A stretch of 54,514 nt of DNA from Girardia tigrina (Eukaryota). Location of the stretch: positions 33,854 through 88,367 of the forward strand of contig MQRK01227905.1 in the NCBI GenBank assembly GCA_001938485.1, in the 5' to 3' direction. Position numbers and translations under genes: made by a program. Below are positions 52,901 through 54,514 of the stretch, piece by piece (position 1 is the first letter of the stretch; each line of letters begins with the position of its first letter). The notes below the pieces were generated by a model, which worked only from the letters and a program-made list of their open reading frames with translations, made no database searches and was not told where the DNA came from.

Positions 52901-53984
52901 TTCATTAAATCAATTATAATTTGAACTCGCATAAGAAACAACTTTTTTGTTTTCAATTCCTTTATTTATTTCTCAACTTACAAAATCTCTTTTCAAACTG
53001 ACAAACTTTTTTTTTAAAAATTGGTAATGAAAAAATTGTGTTTATAATTCACAATTAAAAATGATAACACACACACAATATACAGACCAATCGCATTCAC
53101 ATTTTCATTAACACACAAACACGCTAACACATTTAAACCAATCCCAATTTCATTTATACACACACACATGCATTACACAACAACAAACATACACTAAGAA
53201 AGAAATTACCAGTGAAAGAAATTACTATTGTGAAAACAATGAGGCTCACAATTTGCTTCAATCAACGAAATTCAAAACGTTGATTGATTGATTGCATAAC
53301 TCAACCGCCTGTCACCGCCGGACGACAATCAATCCTCCAATCTCTTTGTTTAAACTGTTTAATTAGTCAAACTTTCCAATCAGTCAGAATATACGAAACT
53401 TTTTAACGAATTTTTCTATTTAAACTCAGTGCCATGACTATGATTCACCGTGAACATTTTTCTTTTCTTTTATTTTCCTTTTAATTAATTAATTTATTCA
53501 ATTCTATTCAACCATATTTCATTTATCTAATTTAATTTATTTATTTAATTTAATCCACTATTTTCATTTAATCATTTTAATCACTCTATACTCAGTTATT
53601 TATTTATTTAATTTACCAATTCTAATTAATTTACCCAATTTTCTGAAACTGGCAAAAATGTTCGGTCAAAATTGGCAATTCTCCGCTCCAGTAGTATTAG
53701 GTTTATTTGGTTTAGTATGTATAAATATTTGTTAAGGTAATCATATATTTTCCCCTGTAAAATTGTTTCATTGTAGAAAAATAAATCTTGTTGTAATTTG
53801 CACATTTATAACTTATATTCGTATGCTTATTAAATGTTTGTATTAAAATTATTACTAATTTAAAACTATAATCTTCAGCAAGAGAGCAACAGTACTCAGT
53901 ATACCCAAAAGATGCAGAATATCTTCAATTTATTAGACGAAATATACTGCAGTACCTCTGGAAAATTCAATGTTGAATTATTTG
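1097..53984 (+). CDS. PIKFYVE: PIKfyve/Fab1 1-phosphatidylinositol-3-phosphate 5-kinase, partial multi-exon gene (span of the exons found; incomplete at both ends)
   Basis: Phase-compatible GT-AG exons translate to segments collinear with PIKfyve: [10 protein letters not shown]|[29 protein letters not shown]|[33 protein letters not shown]...[46 protein letters not shown]. Exons from 25546 onward are well anchored; exons 1097-22091 are less certain. Confidence 0.9.
1311..1425 (+). CDS. PIKFYVE: exon, C-terminal half of DEP-like domain 1 ([38 protein letters not shown])
   Basis: tttag/gtatct boundaries; resembles the DEP pattern A..lgq.Ll..g.i........F.D...lY.F. Confidence 0.65.
2238..3735 (-). 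mobile_element. Tc1/mariner DNA transposon (rosa/maT-like), full-length size, interior in assembly gap
   Basis: TA-flanked TIRs cagtgcgttcaaaaagtaactgtgcacct / aggtgcacagtgactttctgaacgcactg; transposase N-terminus [26 protein letters not shown] from 3492. Confidence 0.9.
3965..4028 (+). CDS. PIKFYVE: candidate linker exon ([21 protein letters not shown])
   Basis: ttttctag acceptor, consensus gtgagt donor, phase 0->1 fits neighbours. Confidence 0.6.
4200..4900 (-). mobile_element. degenerate mariner transposase remnant
   Basis: collinear patches shared with 43260-44100 (cctcgtggaac = WVPxE motif, aaaatcaagtggtt, ttcggaaa.agttcaaa.tatacacatac). Confidence 0.65.
5706..6035. mobile_element. MITE / foldback element
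   Basis: perfect 25-bp inverted repeat 5709-5733 vs 5981-6005; internal ggttaggggttaggttaggg. Confidence 0.7.
6776..6959 (-). mobile_element. solo Penelope 3' repeat (pLTR fragment)
   Basis: near-identical to 18363-18539, which abuts a GIY-YIG ORF end. Confidence 0.85.
6815..6860 (-). ncRNA. minimal type I hammerhead ribozyme
   Basis: minus strand: GAC CUGACGA U GACGG-uuaua-CCGUC GAAA UUAAU U GUC. Confidence 0.8.
6961..7670 (+). mobile_element. Gypsy LTR retrotransposon 3' fragment (integrase C-terminus, PPT, probable short LTR 7527-7670)
   Basis: [54 protein letters not shown]; purine run ggtgggga then tgt...aca. Confidence 0.85.
10853..10897 (+). CDS. PIKFYVE: candidate linker exon ([15 protein letters not shown])
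   Basis: ttctcttag acceptor, consensus gtaagt donor, phase 1->1. Confidence 0.6.
11100..11450 (-). mobile_element. possible degraded LTR-retrotransposon gag remnant
   Basis: [13 protein letters not shown]...[18 protein letters not shown] loosely resembles Gypsy gag F..R.Q...E.......L......FG; weak. Confidence 0.3.
13214..13275 (+). CDS. PIKFYVE: candidate exon, start of DEP-like domain 2 ([20 protein letters not shown])
   Basis: tag acceptor, cag|gtaacg donor, phase 1->0; IKD...C resembles a DEP N-terminus. Confidence 0.55.
13850..13899 (+). CDS. PIKFYVE: candidate exon, DEP-like domain 2 ([17 protein letters not shown])
   Basis: ttcacag/gtaaaa, phase 0->2; MMEWI aligns with DEP LVDWL. Confidence 0.55.
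13935..14550 (-). mobile_element. GC-rich insertion with two C2H2 zinc-finger-like segments; probable retroelement derivative
   Basis: [26 protein letters not shown] and a decayed [16 protein letters not shown] in or just before ORF 14068-14478. Confidence 0.55.
15900..15934 (+). CDS. PIKFYVE: candidate exon, DEP-like domain 2 ([11 protein letters not shown])
   Basis: taag acceptor, weak gttcct donor, phase 2->1 bridges neighbours. Confidence 0.4.
16153..16259 (+). CDS. PIKFYVE: candidate exon, end of DEP-like domain 2 ([35 protein letters not shown])
   Basis: ctcag/gtaaga; [10 protein letters not shown] resembles DEP F.Dd..lY.F. Confidence 0.55.
18156..18362 (+). repeat. dispersed ~170-bp repeat ending in a (TA)n tract; second copy at 40083-40276
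   Basis: direct similarity between the two copies (aatattgttc.ggaact..atttattgtcatcgagaat..aaaataggtttctaaattc). Confidence 0.8.
18363..18975 (-). mobile_element. Penelope-like element 3' fragment (GIY-YIG endonuclease + pLTR)
   Basis: [61 protein letters not shown], with frameshifts. Confidence 0.92.
18395..18440 (-). ncRNA. minimal type I hammerhead ribozyme
   Basis: same core as 6815-6860, about 70 nt downstream of the Penelope stop codon. Confidence 0.8.
19168..19800. mobile_element. rearranged IS630/Tc1-type transposon remnant
   Basis: plus-strand HTH-like [24 protein letters not shown] abuts minus-strand DDE motifs [20 protein letters not shown]. Confidence 0.7.
20025..20290 (+). mobile_element. 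mariner transposase N-terminal fragment
   Basis: [28 protein letters not shown] matches the mariner HTH W..EF..GR....D..RSGRP. Confidence 0.65.
20321..21560 (-). mobile_element. Gypsy LTR retrotransposon 3' portion: integrase remnant, PPT (20800-20813) and 479-bp LTR (20321-20799)
   Basis: minus strand [38 protein letters not shown]; aagaaagagaggaa followed by TG; LTR bounded by tgttag...ctaaca; ~19-bp tandem unit at 20471-20558. Confidence 0.88.
21786..21819 (+). CDS. PIKFYVE: candidate linker exon ([11 protein letters not shown])
   Basis: tgtag/gtgaaa, GC-rich patch in AT DNA, phase 0->1. Confidence 0.45.
22030..22091 (+). CDS. PIKFYVE: candidate linker exon ([21 protein letters not shown])
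   Basis: ttcag/gtagga, phase 1->0; a further phase 0->2 exon before 25546 was not found. Confidence 0.35.
22751..24550 (+). mobile_element. Zator-like DNA transposon remnant
   Basis: TTA|GGAGCCGTCC..aattacgt end; decayed motifs [53 protein letters not shown]. Confidence 0.75.
23213..23455. mobile_element. piggyBac-type MITE nested in the Zator remnant
   Basis: TTAA|cccttttactacc ... ggtagtcaaaggg|TTAA. Confidence 0.85.
25546..25726 (+). CDS. PIKFYVE: exon, start of CCT-like domain (..[21 protein letters not shown])
   Basis: matches PIKfyve W.DII...V...DIRQFVHIKK; tgcag/gttaat. Confidence 0.9.
26101..26984 (+). mobile_element. degenerate Tc1/mariner (rosa-like) element
   Basis: TIR caggatgattgaaaaa / tttttcaatcaccctg; [13 protein letters not shown] resembles WPPRSPDLTPCDF. 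Confidence 0.8.
27020..27392. mobile_element. hAT-type MITE
   Basis: 8-bp TSD ataataac on both sides; TIR cagggctccaga / tctggggctctg; many internal gtcaa motifs. Confidence 0.88.
28139..28355. mobile_element. pogo/Tc2-type MITE
   Basis: imperfect TIR ccgtattttcacgcctata / tatatgtgtgtaaatacga. Confidence 0.55.
28476..28649 (+). CDS. PIKFYVE: exon, CCT-like domain ([33 protein letters not shown])
   Basis: matches IPGG...KN....M...I.NP.ILL....EY...DP.VLQ; tgtag/gtcagt; 58 codons. Confidence 0.92.
28860..29150 (+). repeat. diverged dispersed repeat; second copy at about 52060-52310
   Basis: shared gattgatatc..aaagtaattcaataag..ggaatgaat..tttattctc. Confidence 0.6.
29269..29613. mobile_element. 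piggyBac-type MITE
   Basis: TTAA|cccattagctgccaag ... cttggcagcgaatagg|TTAA; subterminal palindromes gacgagtatactcgtc and gacgagtgtactcgtc. Confidence 0.88.
29747..29887 (+). CDS. PIKFYVE: exon, CCT-like domain ([33 protein letters not shown])
   Basis: matches EREFLKNYVQRI...RP.LVLVEKTVS...NVK; ttttag/gtaaat. Confidence 0.93.
29944..30076 (+). CDS. PIKFYVE: exon, CCT-like domain ([19 protein letters not shown])
   Basis: matches LERISRMT...LGTCHKF; follows a 56-bp intron. Confidence 0.92.
30564..31756 (+). mobile_element. full-length but mutated mariner (DD34D) element
   Basis: TA-flanked TIR ttgggttgtcac / gtgacaacccaa; [46 protein letters not shown] with stops and frameshifts. Confidence 0.93.
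31788..31928. repeat. (TA)n microsatellite spanning a gap
   Basis: direct observation. Confidence 0.95.
32619..32857 (+). CDS. PIKFYVE: exon, end of CCT-like domain ([30 protein letters not shown])
   Basis: matches KTLMFF...GCTI.LRG...EL.RVK...LE.SF; the 3' boundary (gtttga) is inferred from phase. Confidence 0.9.
32980..33440 (-). mobile_element. degenerate mariner transposase fragment
   Basis: minus-strand decayed HTH and FVNRIMTC segment preceding the first catalytic Asp region. Confidence 0.5.
33850..34530 (+). mobile_element. piggyBac transposase remnant
   Basis: [25 protein letters not shown] and [16 protein letters not shown]. Confidence 0.88.
34746..35010 (+). pseudogene. MTA1: intronless decayed fragment of a metastasis-associated protein (MTA1/2/3 family) BAH domain
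   Basis: [43 protein letters not shown] / [15 protein letters not shown] / LKHRELF versus MTA MAANMYRVGDYVYFE..YLIRRIEELNKT..NVEAKV..RRRDI..L..LADK..LRHRELF; two frameshifts. Confidence 0.88.
36185..37472 (-). mobile_element. 5'-truncated Penelope-like retroelement (RT; GIY-YIG region in gap; pLTR)
   Basis: [44 protein letters not shown]; one in-frame stop at 37077-37079; ends [19 protein letters not shown]. Confidence 0.95.
36192..36236 (-). ncRNA. minimal type I hammerhead ribozyme
   Basis: minus strand: GUU CUGACGA U GACGG-uuaaa-CCGUC GAAA UUAAU A AAC. Confidence 0.82.
38038..38226 (+). CDS. PIKFYVE: exon ([24 protein letters not shown]..)
   Basis: cctctag/gttcat, 63 open codons, weak similarity to the PIKfyve F...L...IL.ISP.I....P segment. 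Confidence 0.7.
38277..38573 (+). CDS. PIKFYVE: exon ([19 protein letters not shown])
   Basis: tttcag/gtaaat, 99 open codons; SDFREKG resembles PIKfyve ADYRARG. Confidence 0.8.
38831..39239 (+). mobile_element. RTE-clade LINE 3' end
   Basis: [47 protein letters not shown], followed by an (aag/A)-rich tail. Confidence 0.88.
39340..39570 (-). mobile_element. Tc1 transposase N-terminal fragment
   Basis: [16 protein letters not shown] resembles Tc1 M.R.KEL...ER..IV. Confidence 0.6.
40083..40276 (+). repeat. second copy of the 18156-18362 repeat
   Basis: direct similarity. Confidence 0.8.
40440..41110 (+). mobile_element. heavily degraded rosa-like Tc1/mariner transposase
   Basis: [29 protein letters not shown]. 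Confidence 0.65.
42080..42151. mobile_element. 72-bp piggyBac-type mini-MITE
   Basis: cacgttgactgcc ... ggcagtcagcgtg|TTAA; left TSD degenerate. Confidence 0.6.
42275..42444 (+). CDS. PIKFYVE: exon, conserved Cys/His-rich region ([32 protein letters not shown])
   Basis: matches DCLNP.NHQRL.VLFS...C..P.....FY...D.TLG.F. Confidence 0.92.
42487..42685 (+). CDS. PIKFYVE: exon ([35 protein letters not shown])
   Basis: matches CP...C..P...H...FVH..GCVQI...SWC..C; follows a 42-bp intron. Confidence 0.93.
43260..44100 (-). mobile_element. degenerate mariner transposase
   Basis: [42 protein letters not shown]. Confidence 0.8.
44186..44338. repeat. small inverted-repeat element (MITE-like)
   Basis: gtaatttcatcgcggtaa vs ttaccgctatgaaattac (17/18 complementary). 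Confidence 0.6.
45040..45983 (+). mobile_element. internally deleted pogo/Tigger element retaining the transposase C-terminus (ORF 45167-45667)
   Basis: TA-flanked TIR cagacatacctcg / cgaggtatgcctg; [32 protein letters not shown]. Confidence 0.92.
46529..46713 (+). CDS. PIKFYVE: exon ([31 protein letters not shown])
   Basis: matches LS.ESW.MSFAKYLEL.F...C.HS.H.D...YF; tttttcag/gtaatt. Confidence 0.92.
46850..47285 (-). mobile_element. hAT (Buster/Charlie-type) transposase remnant
   Basis: [44 protein letters not shown]. Confidence 0.88.
47429..47566 (+). CDS. PIKFYVE: exon ([16 protein letters not shown]..)
   Basis: matches Y.PI.L.E...P...I; ttattcag/gtaaat, phase 2->2. Confidence 0.85.
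47984..48528 (+). mobile_element. internally deleted Tc1/mariner (rosa-like) element keeping only the DNA-binding N-terminus (ORF from 48130)
   Basis: TA-flanked TIR cagggtcatcataaagtaacta / tagttactttatgatcgccctg; [27 protein letters not shown]. Confidence 0.92.
48623..49292. mobile_element. Tc1/IS630-type non-autonomous element
   Basis: ~37-bp TIR cagggttttacctctcatttcgtaatagaggaaacgt and its complement at 49256-49292, TA-flanked. Confidence 0.85.
50762..50852 (+). CDS. PIKFYVE: exon ([20 protein letters not shown])
   Basis: tttag/gtaatt, phase 2->0; resembles Y..I.ERL..LK. Confidence 0.75.
51047..51101. repeat. degenerate (AAT/AAC)n microsatellite
   Basis: direct observation. Confidence 0.8.
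53879..53984 (+). CDS. PIKFYVE: exon ([23 protein letters not shown]..)
   Basis: cttcag/gtatgt, open frame, phase 0 start fits the previous exon. Confidence 0.7.
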
Positions 53985-54108
53985 GTATGTTTTATAACAA
54001 AATTTGTCATTTAAAAATGTAACTCTATATTTTACGGTTTATATTTTTAGTTTACTGTGTGCTTTTATTACTGTTCATACAAAATTATTTTTCATGTATA
54101 TATATATA

Positions 54109-54390
54109 CAGGGTGGGCCAAAAGTAGGGTTACAGTTAACACTTAAACATTTTATCTTTATTAGAAATTTAGACATTTATTTACATACATTATATTTACA
54201 TAATAAACACTTTACATTGAACATTTAATCTCTCAAGTGCTCAAAATGTCCACCTTCAACCTTGCAACAATCTCTATATCTGTCCAAAACACTCTGACAC
54301 ACAGTACGACACAAATTCCGATCTCCATCAATTTCAGTGAATGCATCTGAAATGTAATCTTTCAATTCATTCACTGTGTGGGGATTCCTC
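54109..54390 (-). mobile_element. 3' end of rosa-like Tc1/mariner element
   Basis: TA|cagggtgggccaaaagtagg TIR; NPHTVNELKDYI..CQSVLDRYRDCCKVEGGHFEHL*. Confidence 0.88.
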
Positions 54391-54514
54391 TGGGTGGAGG
54401 AGTTTGAAAGGCTTTTTGCCAAGCTGTGCGAACATGCTCGGCATTTTCCAATTTCCAATACTGCTTTAATATCCACTTTCTTTGCTCTGTATTGTAATTA
54501 TTTGCCATTGTTCA

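Overview
Very AT-rich animal-type eukaryotic genomic DNA with four N-gaps; no prokaryotic features, CRISPR, rRNA or tRNA seen. The whole window lies inside one large plus-strand gene that the ORF track misses because it is split into small exons: a divergent PIKfyve/Fab1 (PI3P 5-kinase). I reconstructed 22 GT-AG exons by hand. They cover what look like two DEP domains, the CCT/Cpn60-like domain and the conserved Cys/His-rich region; the FYVE and kinase domains would lie outside the window. Introns are either 42-56 bp or inflated to kilobases by transposon debris: Tc1/mariner (mariner, rosa-like, IS630-like, pogo/Tigger), piggyBac, hAT, Zator, Gypsy LTR, RTE LINE and Penelope. Main signals: (1) three minimal hammerhead ribozyme motifs in Penelope 3' repeats, with stem I covarying between two subfamilies; (2) an apparent tandem-DEP PIKfyve architecture; (3) an intronless, GC-richer decayed MTA (NuRD subunit) fragment inside an intron; (4) a GC-rich island with two C2H2 fingers followed by a strand-specific hairpin. 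All homology calls come from recalled family motifs, not database searches.
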